Origin: Candidatus Fervidifonticultor secundus
GTDB taxonomy: Bacteria; Sysuimicrobiota; Sysuimicrobiia; Sysuimicrobiales; Humicultoraceae
DNA: 64,000 nt
NCBI GenBank assembly: GCA_031459385.1
Contig: JAVKIP010000002.1
Coordinates: forward strand, 355 to 64,354
Reading direction: 5' to 3'
Both the position numbers and the translations under genes were made by a program. Under the pieces are notes generated by a model. That model made no database searches. It was given only the letters and a program-made list of their open reading frames with translations, and was not told the DNA's origin. This document shows positions 9,992 to 20,122 of this stretch, piece after piece. The first letter of the stretch is position 1, and each line of letters begins with the position of its first letter.

Positions 9992-10795
9992 ATGCCCGCG
10001 GCGCAACTCGGGGTCTCGCAGTACACGGTGCTCGACGCGCCCATCGCCGAGGGACTGGACCTCCTGGTCGAGACCGGCCTGCCCGGGCTCGAGCTCTTCA
10101 TGGAGGGCACGCAGTGGTGGGACGGCGGCGCCCTGGCCGCCGTCGAGGCCCGGCGGCACCGGCTGGCCGGGCCGCTGTCGGTGCACCCCCCGTCCTGGGA
10201 CATCAACATCGCCAGCTACACGCGGCCCGTCTGGCAGACCGCCGTGGACGTCTACAGCCGCGCGATCGAGTGGGCGGGGCGCCTGGGCGCCACCTACGTC
10301 GTGGCCCACATCGGCTGGCGGGCCGACCCGCACCTGCCCCGGCGCGCCGCGCTGGCCCGGGCAGAAGACGCGCTACAGGTGCTGGTTCCCCGCGCGGCCG
10401 CCGCGGGCGTGGTACTGGCGGTGGAGAACGTCGGCTGGCACGGTCTGGAGGTCTGCGACCAGGCCGAGTTCACCGCGCTGGTCCATCGCCTGCCGGCGGG
10501 CGCCGGCGCGTTGCTCGACGTGGGGCATGCCAGGCTCGCGGGCTGGGACGTGGCCGGGGCGCTGCGGGACCTGGCTCCCAGGCTCGTGGCGCTGCACCTG
10601 CACGACAACCACGGCGCGCGGGACGAGCACCTGCCCATCGGACAGGGTGACCTCGACTGGACGGGGCTGCTGCCGCGACTGCGCGCCCTGCCGGCGCACT
10701 GCCAGCACGTGCTGGAGTACGCGCCGGGCACCCCCCTGGAGCGCGTGCGCCAGGACGGAGCGCTGTTGGGCCGGCTCCTCGCGCCGCCGGAGTAG
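9992..10795 (+). CDS. Sugar phosphate isomerase/epimerase (xylose-isomerase-like TIM barrel)
   Basis: SVHPP, LAVEN, LLDVGHA, HLHDNHG..DEHLPIG.G. Confidence 0.85.
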   Translation: MPAAQLGVSQYTVLDAPIAEGLDLLVETGLPGLELFMEGTQWWDGGALAAVEARRHRLAGPLSVHPPSWDINIASYTRPVWQTAVDVYSRAIEWAGRLGATYVVAHIGWRADPHLPRRAALARAEDALQVLVPRAAAAGVVLAVENVGWHGLEVCDQAEFTALVHRLPAGAGALLDVGHARLAGWDVAGALRDLAPRLVALHLHDNHGARDEHLPIGQGDLDWTGLLPRLRALPAHCQHVLEYAPGTPLERVRQDGALLGRLLAPPE

Positions 10796-10800
10796 CGCCG

Positions 10801-11706
10801 GTGCGGCGCCGCGACGTCTCGTGGGCGGCCAGCGGCCGCGGTCCGGCGGCGTACCTGTACGCCATACCCGCCCTGGCCCTGCTCCTGGTCTTCACGTACT
10901 GGCCCCTGGTGCAGACGCTGTACCTCAGCCTCTTCCGCTGGAACATGGTGGCGCCGGTCAAGGTCTACGTGGGCATGGAGAACTTCCGCACGCTGCTGAC
11001 CTCGGCCGACTTCCACACGGCCATCTGGAACACGGCGAAGTACCTGCTGGCCGTGCTGCCGCTGGCGGTGGGCGGGCCGCTGGTGGTGGCCGTCATGGTG
11101 GCCAGCATCCCCCGGCGGCTGCAGGGCGCGTTCAAGGTCGCGCTCTTCGCGCCGTCCATCGTCTCGTTCGCGGTCGGCAGCATGGTGTGGCTGTGGATCC
11201 TCAACCCCATCGACGGCATCGCCAACAAGGTGCTGGCGGCGGTGGGCCTGCCCGGGCGCTCGTGGCTGAGCGACCCGGACTGGGCGCTGTGGGTCATCGT
11301 CGTCCTCATGGCGTGGAAGAGCTTCGGGTACAACCTGGTGATCTTCCTGGCCGGACTCGCGGCGATCCCGGCCGAGTACCACGACGCTGCGGCGGTCGAC
11401 GGCGCCACCCCGTGGCAGGGGTTTCGCCACGTCACCTGGCACCTGCTGACGCCCACCACGCTGTTCGTGCTGCTCAGCACGCTGGTGGCTACGGCGCAGC
11501 ACACGTTCACGCCGATTCAGATCCTGACCAACGGCGGTCCCAGCCGCGCCACCACGAACCTGATCTTCCTGATCTACGAGTTCGGGTTCCAGTTCTTCCA
11601 GACCGGGATGGCGTCGGCGGCGGCCGTGCTCATGTTCGCCGCGTTCCTGGGCGCGACCTGGGCGCAGTTCCGGCTGCTGGAGCGGTTCGTGCACTATGAG
11701 AGTTGA
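10801..11706 (+). CDS. Carbohydrate ABC transporter permease (UgpA/MalF-like)
   Basis: YVGMENF and EAA loop (AGLAAIPAEYHDAAAVDGA). Confidence 0.92.
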   Translation: MRRRDVSWAASGRGPAAYLYAIPALALLLVFTYWPLVQTLYLSLFRWNMVAPVKVYVGMENFRTLLTSADFHTAIWNTAKYLLAVLPLAVGGPLVVAVMVASIPRRLQGAFKVALFAPSIVSFAVGSMVWLWILNPIDGIANKVLAAVGLPGRSWLSDPDWALWVIVVLMAWKSFGYNLVIFLAGLAAIPAEYHDAAAVDGATPWQGFRHVTWHLLTPTTLFVLLSTLVATAQHTFTPIQILTNGGPSRATTNLIFLIYEFGFQFFQTGMASAAAVLMFAAFLGATWAQFRLLERFVHYES

Positions 11707-12511
11707 CCGGCGGGTGGCCCTGGCAGTGGTGCTGGTGGCGACCGTGATGCAGCTCTTCCCGCTGCTGTGGATGGTGTCGACCGCCGCCAAGCCGGAGGCC
11801 GAGGTGTTCGGCCGGCTGTCGCTGCTGCCCGCGCAGCCCACGCTGGACAACGTCCGGTACGTGTGGGCCCGGGTGCCGATGCTGCGGTACTTCGTGAACA
11901 GCCTGGTGGTGGCCCTCCTGGTGGCCGGCGGGCAGACGATCTCCAGCATCGCAGCAGCGTACGCGTTCGCACGGTTCCGCTTCCCGGGCCGCGACGCGCT
12001 CTTCCTGGCGGCGGTGGGGACGATGCTGGTGCCGTTTCAGATCACGATGATCCCCAACTTCCTGCTCGTCTCGCGCCTGGGCTGGATCAACACGCTCCCG
12101 GGACTCGTCGCGCCTCACCTGGCCAGTGCGTTCGGGATCTTCATGCTCCGACAGCACTTCCTGGCGTTTCCGGCGTCTCTGGAAGAGGCGGCCGCGATCG
12201 AGGGGGCGTCGCGGTGGCAGATCCTCTGGCGCCTGGTCGTCCCCATCAACCGCGCGGCTCTGGCCGCGCTGGCCGTGCTGTTCTTCATTCAGTCGTGGAA
12301 CGAGTACTTCTGGCCGCTGCTGGTGGCCAAGGACGTGCACGCCACGACCCTGCCACTGGGCCTGGCGCGGTTCGTCAGCGCCGAGGGCGGGACACTCTTC
12401 GGTCCCCTGATGGCGGCGGCCACGCTGGCCACGGTGCCGGCCGTGGCGCTCTTCCTGGTGGTGCAGCGCGAGATCGTCAGCAGCTTCACCACCTCAGGGC
12501 TGAAGGGATAG
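11696..12511 (+). CDS. Carbohydrate ABC transporter permease (UgpE/MalG-like)
   Basis: AAYAFARFRFPGR, LEEAAAIEGAS, WNEYFWPL. Confidence 0.92.
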   Translation: MRVDRRVALAVVLVATVMQLFPLLWMVSTAAKPEAEVFGRLSLLPAQPTLDNVRYVWARVPMLRYFVNSLVVALLVAGGQTISSIAAAYAFARFRFPGRDALFLAAVGTMLVPFQITMIPNFLLVSRLGWINTLPGLVAPHLASAFGIFMLRQHFLAFPASLEEAAAIEGASRWQILWRLVVPINRAALAALAVLFFIQSWNEYFWPLLVAKDVHATTLPLGLARFVSAEGGTLFGPLMAAATLATVPAVALFLVVQREIVSSFTTSGLKG

Positions 12512-12523
12512 GCCGCCGGCGCG

Positions 12524-12941
12524 TCACGCCGTCGCCTGCCAGGTCACCTGCACGTTCGGGGTCGCAACTGCGACCGTTCCGTACAGCGGTCAGCGGCGTT
12601 TGAACGTCTCGATCAGGTCCGCGGCCTGCGGGCCGTCGACGCCTGCCAATTGTACGTCCAGGCGGACGCTGTTGAACAGGGTGACGTCGGCGCGCACCGG
12701 CGCGGTCCGGTCGATGGTCCCCGTGATCTGCGCGGTCACGCGAGGTACCGGGAGTCCCTTCTCGCGCGCCAGGACCTCCACCAGCTCCACGGCGCACGTG
12801 GCCACGCCTGCCAGGAAGAGTTCGCCGGGCGTGAGTTCCTCGCCCGGGCACCCGTTCTGGACAGGGCCGTCCACGATCACGTGGTGCGTGCGGGCAGAGC
12901 ACACCACCCGACCGAAGATGCCCGACGAGCGCGCCTGCGCC

Positions 12942-12970
<29 letters not shown>
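12524..12970 (-). CDS. OsmC/Ohr family protein with in-frame UGA at 12590-12592, probably selenocysteine (148 aa)
   Basis: GGAGGTG SD before ATG 12970; [12 protein letters not shown] (first Cys); reading through UGA gives [26 protein letters not shown], restoring the family's second 'CP' motif and last beta strand. Confidence 0.85.
12548..12586 (-). promoter_or_regulatory. Bacterial SECIS-like hairpin
   Basis: mRNA CUGUACG-GAAC-GGUCGC-AGUU-GCGACC-CCGAA-CGUGCAG; apical loop starts 20 nt after the UGA, with G at loop position 2. Confidence 0.75.
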
Positions 12971-14687
<1,717 letters not shown>

Positions 14688-14871
14688 GGCGCTGCCCGTG
14701 GTCGCACCTGTCGCCTAGCGTACACTGCAGCGACGCGGCCGTGGAAGAGACCCCACCCGCGGTGCAGGCGCCCGGGGCTCCGGGCTCCAAGCGCCAGGGC
14801 CACCGGCCCCCGCAGCCTCCTCCAGGCAGCGCGCCGTGGTGCGGCCAACCGGCCCCGACGGCCCGTCGCGT

Positions 14872-16230
14872 CTAGATGCCCGCCGGGGGCGACAGCAGGG
14901 GGTCTGGCGCTATCTGGGCCGGGACGGCTTCGGCGGTCTTCGTCTCGCCGGGGGCCGCCGGCCCCCTGGCCCACAGCACCAGGTGGGCAGACGCCGCCGC
15001 GGCTCCCTGGTCGAGCCCTGCCCGCTTGAACGCCGCCAGCGCCGCACGCATCAGGTCCACCGCCTCCTGGCGACGACCCTGGGCGCGCAGCACCCGCGCC
15101 AGCGTCAGCTGTGCCTGCGCCTCCGCGCCGCGCGCGCCCGCAGCCTGGGCCTCGCGCAGCGCCCGGCGCGCCATCCTGGCAGCGTCGCCCCGCCGGTCCA
15201 TGGCCAGCAACACCTGCGCGATGCGGTCCAGCGTGTCGCTACGGCCGGGCGCGTCGCCGTGCTGCTCCCGCACGCCCAGCGCCCGCTGCAGCACGGCCAG
15301 GGCGTCGCCGTAGCGTCCCTGGTGGTACCGCAGGATGCCAAGCGCCGTCAGCGCGGCGCCGAGGTCGCCGGAGCCGTCGGCGGCCTGCAGCGCCTCGACC
15401 GCCTGTTCCAGCCAGGCGGCAGCCTGGTCGGGGTGCCGCCAGCTCCAGGCGACGACGCCGAGGCCCCAGAGCGCACGGCCCCGAAGCCGCCGGGCGCGCA
15501 TGCGCGTGGCCAGGTCCATGGCCCTGCGGTAGGCGCGCCGGCTGCGCTCGAGCTGGCCGGTGCCGACGTACGCGCCGCCGAGGGCGATGAGCGCCCGCAC
15601 GTGTTCTTCCGTGCGCGCGGTCTTCCCCCGGCGCATCATCTCGACGGCCTGCTCCAGCGCGGGAATCGCCGCCTTCACGTCGCCCCGCTGCGCCGCCGTC
15701 AGGCCCTTGAGGGCGAGCGCGCGGCCGTGGATGCCGTCCAGACGGTGGCGGGCAGCCAGTGCCGCCACGTCGTCGATGACGCGCACGGCCTCGTCGAACT
15801 GCCCCTGGGCCACCAACACGCGGGCCCGGACGAGCCATGCCTGTGCCTGGAGCGCGGGAGGCAGCGGGGCGAGCACCTGCTCCGCGGCACCCGCCAGGCG
15901 CAGCGCGTCGGCGCCCCCGACCACCGGATCGAGGGCGGCCGCCATGTGGAGCAGGTTGAGAGCGGTCTCGAGGCGGAGGTCCGCCGGGTCGAAGAGCAGG
16001 GAACCGACCGAGGTCCGCATGCGGCGGGCGAGGGCGATAACCGTCTCCAGCGACGGATAGGAGCGTCCGCTCTCCAGCAGGCTGATGAAGCTCTTGCTCA
16101 GGTCGGGGGCGCCGAGGGCCTGCTGTGTCAGGCCTGCCCGGTTGCGGGCGAGCATGAGCCGACGACCAAACTGGAGGAGCCATCCCGGGCGGTTGGTGCG
16201 TGCGGCGGTCGGCGTCGGCGACTGCGGCAT
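14872..16230 (-). CDS. XRE-family HTH plus tetratricopeptide-repeat transcriptional regulator (RRNPP-like architecture)
   Basis: N-terminal GLTQQALG...SKSFISLLESGRSYPS, followed by Ala/Leu-rich TPR helices. Confidence 0.85.
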   Translation of the reverse strand: MPQSPTPTAARTNRPGWLLQFGRRLMLARNRAGLTQQALGAPDLSKSFISLLESGRSYPSLETVIALARRMRTSVGSLLFDPADLRLETALNLLHMAAALDPVVGGADALRLAGAAEQVLAPLPPALQAQAWLVRARVLVAQGQFDEAVRVIDDVAALAARHRLDGIHGRALALKGLTAAQRGDVKAAIPALEQAVEMMRRGKTARTEEHVRALIALGGAYVGTGQLERSRRAYRRAMDLATRMRARRLRGRALWGLGVVAWSWRHPDQAAAWLEQAVEALQAADGSGDLGAALTALGILRYHQGRYGDALAVLQRALGVREQHGDAPGRSDTLDRIAQVLLAMDRRGDAARMARRALREAQAAGARGAEAQAQLTLARVLRAQGRRQEAVDLMRAALAAFKRAGLDQGAAAASAHLVLWARGPAAPGETKTAEAVPAQIAPDPLLSPPAGI

Positions 16231-16239
16231 GTTGGGTCC

Positions 16240-16268
16240 AGTGTATCGTGATGTCGGACGTCAGGCAA
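16240..16268 (-). promoter_or_regulatory. Sigma70 promoter TTGCCT-N17-TACACT, near-leaderless for the XRE-TPR gene
   Basis: -10 ends 9 nt before ATG 16230; no SD. Confidence 0.65.
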
Positions 16269-16405
16269 CTGCCCTCTCCCGCGCCTCCCTGTATGCGCTG
16301 ACCAACCCGTGCCGTCGGGGTGGCAGGGGAGGGACGCCGCTGGTCGAAGCAAAGCGGGCACGTGAGGCCTTTCCGTGAGGCCGGCGGGTCAGGCCGGGGG
16401 GAGCG

Positions 16406-16735
16406 GTGATGCCGCGACGTAAGACTGTCGGGGTGAATCCCCGCCTGCGCGATCCGCTGGTGGATCAGCTGTTCCGCGCGATCCTGAGCCTGCGCTCCCA
16501 GGAGGAGTGCTACAGGTTCTTCGAGGACCTCTGCACGATCGGTGAGGTCCGTGCGCTGGCCGCGCGCCTGGAGGTCGCCCGGCTGCTGGCTGCGGGCCGT
16601 ACCTACGAAGAGATCGCCCGGCGCACCGGCGCCAGCAGTGCCACCATCAGCCGTGTGCGCCGGTTCCTCGAGTACGGCGCAGATGGCTACCGCACGGTGC
16701 TGGGGCGGATGGCCCGGCCGCGCCGCCGGGGGTGA
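16406..16735 (+). CDS. yerC: YerC/YecD TrpR-like repressor, probable HisR
   Basis: LFRAILSL...ECYRFFEDLCT..E..ALA.RL.VA..L..G.TY..I...TGAS.ATISRV; directly upstream of the his operon. Confidence 0.92.
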   Translation: MMPRRKTVGVNPRLRDPLVDQLFRAILSLRSQEECYRFFEDLCTIGEVRALAARLEVARLLAAGRTYEEIARRTGASSATISRVRRFLEYGADGYRTVLGRMARPRRRG

Positions 16736-16820
16736 GGGGCGCGCCCGGGGTCAGACGACATCGGCCCGGGGACGAGCTGCGCGCCGGCAGGGGATCGGCG
16801 TCCGGGCGACGCTGGAGGGG

Positions 16821-16850
16821 TTGACCCGCGCGTCCGGGGCGTGCTATCCT
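16821..16850 (+). promoter_or_regulatory. Sigma70 promoter of the his operon (TTGACC-N18-TATCCT, extended -10)
   Basis: Consensus-like -35 and TGnTATCCT. Confidence 0.7.
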
Positions 16851-16868
16851 CGGCGTGTTCACTTCGCT

Positions 16869-16892
16869 ACTGCTTTAGCGTAATAAAGCAGT
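16869..16892. promoter_or_regulatory. Palindromic HisR-type operator ACTGCTTTA-N6-TAAAGCAGT
   Basis: Perfect 9-bp inverted repeat, AT-rich in a GC-rich background; CTTTA-N6-TAAAG core. Confidence 0.8.
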
Positions 16893-16918
16893 GAAGAACC
16901 CACCCGACAGGGGGATCC

Positions 16919-18169
16919 GTGCGCATTCGTGGAACGCAGGCAGCGCGCTGGCGGCACGTGCCGGCCGGGATGCGCGACATCGCCGCCGACGAGATGGCGC
17001 GGCACCGCTGGCTGGAAAGCCGGTGGCGTGACCTCTTCGCGCGGTGGGGATACGTGGAGGTCCAGACCCCGCTGCTGGAGTTCCTGGAGACGTTCCTGCA
17101 GGGGGCGGGCCCGGGCATCGGGGACCGGCTGTTGAAGCTGGTGGACACCGGCGGGGAAGTGCTGGCGCTGCGGCCGGAGATGACGGTTCCGCTGGCGCGG
17201 TATGCAGCCACGCGCCTGCTGCCCGCCGGCACCCACCCGCGGCGCCTCGCGTACGTCGCCGTGGTCTTCCGCGGGCAGGAGCGCGGGTCGGGCCGCGAGC
17301 GTCAGTTCACCCAGGCGGGCGTGGAGTTGATCGGCGACGGCGGGCTCGCCGCCGACGCCGAGGTGGTCGCCCTGGCGGCGGAGGCGCTGCGTGCGGCTGG
17401 CGTCGACCAGGCGACGGTGAGTATCGGTCACGCCGGCTTCCTCCGCGGCGTACTGGCGACGCTGCCTGCCGAGGCAGTCGATGCGGCCCGGGACCTGCTC
17501 TACCGGCGCGCCTTCGCCGAGCTCGAGCGCGTGGTGCCCCCGGGCGCCGCCCGTGAGGCGTTGCGGGCCGTGCCCGGGTTGCGGGGCCCCGACGCGCTGC
17601 GGCGCGCCGCGCCGCTGGCCGTCACCGCGGAGAGCCGCGAGGCGCTGGAGACCCTGGAGGCGCTGCTGGCAGCCCTGGCCGCGTACGACCCGGGCCTCCA
17701 CCTCGAGATCGACCTTGGCCTGATCCGCGACTTCGACTACTATACGGGCGTCGTCTTCGAAGCGCACGGGCCACGGGCCGGCCGCCCCCTCCTGGGCGGC
17801 GGCCGCTACGACGGCGTGCTGGCGCGCTTCGGCCAGCCTGCGCCGGCCACAGGATTCGCGCTGGGTGTGGAGCGCGTGCTGGAGGCTGCCCGGGTCGCAC
17901 CCCCGGCGCGGCCTACGGTCGTGGTGCGCTACGACGGCGGCGGGTACGCGCGCGCGGTGCGCACCGCGGCGCGCCTGCGAACCGCGGGCGCCGCGGTCGT
18001 GCTGGCGGCCGGAGGGGCGCCGGCCTCGCTGGAGGGCCAGGCGTTCCAGGTGTGGATCGCCGGCGAAGGGGTCGAGATCGAGAGCGCCCGGGGGCCGGCC
18101 CCTGCGACGCTGGAAGCGCTCTGCGCGCAGCTCCAGGCGATGGTGACAGAGTCGTGCACGAGTCGCTGA
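16919..18169 (+). CDS. hisZ: ATP phosphoribosyltransferase regulatory subunit
   Basis: P.GMRD, LALRPEMT, RQFTQAGVELIG, DYYTGVVFE, GGGRYD; precedes short hisG. Confidence 0.93.
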   Translation: MRIRGTQAARWRHVPAGMRDIAADEMARHRWLESRWRDLFARWGYVEVQTPLLEFLETFLQGAGPGIGDRLLKLVDTGGEVLALRPEMTVPLARYAATRLLPAGTHPRRLAYVAVVFRGQERGSGRERQFTQAGVELIGDGGLAADAEVVALAAEALRAAGVDQATVSIGHAGFLRGVLATLPAEAVDAARDLLYRRAFAELERVVPPGAAREALRAVPGLRGPDALRRAAPLAVTAESREALETLEALLAALAAYDPGLHLEIDLGLIRDFDYYTGVVFEAHGPRAGRPLLGGGRYDGVLARFGQPAPATGFALGVERVLEAARVAPPARPTVVVRYDGGGYARAVRTAARLRTAGAAVVLAAGGAPASLEGQAFQVWIAGEGVEIESARGPAPATLEALCAQLQAMVTESCTSR

Positions 18170-18804
18170 CGATCGCCGTCCCCACGGGTCGGCTGTGGCG
18201 CGCCGCGGCCGCGCTGCTCGAGGGCCTGGGGCTCGCGCTGGACACGTCGGGCCGCGACCGCCGGCTGCTCGTGGAGTTCCCCGACGGCGTGCGGGTCCTG
18301 GCGGCCAAGCCTGCCGACCTGCTGGCGTACGTGGAGCACGGCGCCGCCGACGTCGGCATCAGCGGGCGCGACATGATCCTTGAGCAGGGCCGCGACGTCT
18401 ACGAGCTGCTCGACCTGGGGTTCGGGGCGTGCCGGGCTGTCGTCGCGCTGCCCGAGGACCGCGCCGACGTCCTGTGGCAGCCCGGCCGCGCGCTGCGCAT
18501 CGCGACGAAGTACCCGCGGATGACGACGCAGTTCTTCGACGAGATCGGGCGGCCGGTGGAGGTCGTGGTGCTGTACGGCTCGGTCGAGCTGGCTCCGCTG
18601 GTGGGGCTGGCCGACGGTATCGTGGATCTGGTCATGACCGGGCGCACCCTGCGCGAAAACCGGCTGCGGGAGGTCGCAGTCGTGGCCCAGTCCACGGCGC
18701 GGCTGGTCGTCAACCGCGCCAGCCTGCTGCGCCCCCGCGTGGCGGCGTTCGTGGAGCGGGTCGGGCACGGGGTGCGCGCGATGGAGGGGTCCGTCCGTGC
18801 CTGA
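18154..18804 (+). CDS. hisG: ATP phosphoribosyltransferase, short form
   Basis: IAVP.GRL, YVEHGAADVGI, IATKYP, GSVELAPLVGLAD.IVDLV.TG.TLREN. Confidence 0.95.
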   Translation: MHESLTIAVPTGRLWRAAAALLEGLGLALDTSGRDRRLLVEFPDGVRVLAAKPADLLAYVEHGAADVGISGRDMILEQGRDVYELLDLGFGACRAVVALPEDRADVLWQPGRALRIATKYPRMTTQFFDEIGRPVEVVVLYGSVELAPLVGLADGIVDLVMTGRTLRENRLREVAVVAQSTARLVVNRASLLRPRVAAFVERVGHGVRAMEGSVRA

Positions 18805-20122
18805 GGGCACGATCGCACCGCGCCGCCTCAGCGCCCTGACGCCCGCAGAGCGGCAGGCGCGCCTGGAGCGCGGCCGGGGCCAGGTCTTCACGGCCGCGCG
18901 CCGGGAGTACGCGGCGCGGGTGCTCGACGACGTCGCCCGCCAGGGCGATGCTGCCGTGGCCGCCTACACCGCACGCTGGGACGGCGTGGCGCTCGCGCCT
19001 GACCGTTTCGCCGTGACCGACGACGAGGTTCGGGCTGCGCACCGCGCGCTGGAGGACAGCGTCCACGAGGCGCTCCGCGCGGCGATCGCCCGGAGCCGGC
19101 GCTACAACCTCTGGCTGCGGCCGCCGGCGCTGGCGCTGGCCGAGCTCGAGCCGGGCGTGACCGTGGGCGTGCAGTACACGGCGTGCCGCTCTGCAGGAAT
19201 CTACGTGCCCTCCGGCAAGGGATCGTTCCCGTCGATGGCCGTGGCCATGGTGACCCCCGCGGTGGTCGCGGGCGTCGAGGAGATCGCTGTGGTGGTGCCG
19301 CCGCGCCCCGATGGGAGCGCCGACCCGGCGGTGGTGGTCGCGGCCGACTTGCTGGGAGTCCGGCGCATCTTCCGGTGCAACGGCGCAGCAGGGGTGGCCG
19401 CGCTGGCGGTGGGGACGGCAGCCATCCCACGCACCGACGTCGTGGTCGGCCCGGGCAACCCGGTCATCGCCGCGGTCCAGTGCGCTGCGGCGGCCTACGG
19501 GGCGCGCTCCCCGGTCCTGCTCGGCCCCAGCGAGGCCGTGGTGCTCGCCGACGGGACTGCGGACGCCGACCGCCTGGCGGTCGACCTGCTGAACGAAGCC
19601 GAACACGGCGCCGACTCTGCGGTCATGCTGGTCACCGTCGAGGAGGCGCTGGCCCGGGGCGTGGCTGCCAGGCTCCCTGCCCTGCTCGGGCGTCTCCCCC
19701 AGCCGCGCCGCGACTTTGCGCGCGCCGCGCTGGTCGAGCAGGGCGGTCTGTTCGTCGCTGACGATCTCGAGCAGGCGATCGCCTGGGTGAACGCCTACGC
19801 GCCCGAGCACCTCATGCTGGCGGTGCGCGACCCGGCAGCCCTGCTCCCGCGCATCCGCCACGCCGGGGAGATCCTCATGGGCCTGCACACACCGTTCGCT
19901 GCGGCCAACTATGCCATCGGCGTCCCGGCGGCGCTGCCCACGGGCGGGGCGGCGGTGGCGGCGTCGGGGGTCACGGTGTGGTCGTTCCTCAAGGTGACCT
20001 CCCTGGCGCAGCTCGACGAGCGAGGCCTGCGGGCGGTCGGACCGGTCGCGGTCCGGCTGGGGCAGTACGAGGGGTTCCCCGCGCACGTGCAGGCCCTCAC
20101 CGCGCGGGAGGTGCATGCATGA
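18797..20122 (+). CDS. hisD: Histidinol dehydrogenase, divergent active site
   Basis: GIYVPSG, VVGPGN, GPSE, AEH, APEHL, EGFPAH; operon context. Confidence 0.88.
   Translation: MPEGTIAPRRLSALTPAERQARLERGRGQVFTAARREYAARVLDDVARQGDAAVAAYTARWDGVALAPDRFAVTDDEVRAAHRALEDSVHEALRAAIARSRRYNLWLRPPALALAELEPGVTVGVQYTACRSAGIYVPSGKGSFPSMAVAMVTPAVVAGVEEIAVVVPPRPDGSADPAVVVAADLLGVRRIFRCNGAAGVAALAVGTAAIPRTDVVVGPGNPVIAAVQCAAAAYGARSPVLLGPSEAVVLADGTADADRLAVDLLNEAEHGADSAVMLVTVEEALARGVAARLPALLGRLPQPRRDFARAALVEQGGLFVADDLEQAIAWVNAYAPEHLMLAVRDPAALLPRIRHAGEILMGLHTPFAAANYAIGVPAALPTGGAAVAASGVTVWSFLKVTSLAQLDERGLRAVGPVAVRLGQYEGFPAHVQALTAREVHA

Noticed and set aside
12590..12592. osmC as a nonsense-mutated pseudogene
   Set aside because: The UGA falls exactly at the conserved Cys position and is followed by a SECIS-like hairpin and an intact C-terminal strand
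16855..16900. His-operon attenuator or terminator hairpin
   Set aside because: No His-codon leader peptide, no U-tract and no T-box motif; the palindrome fits a HisR DNA operator better
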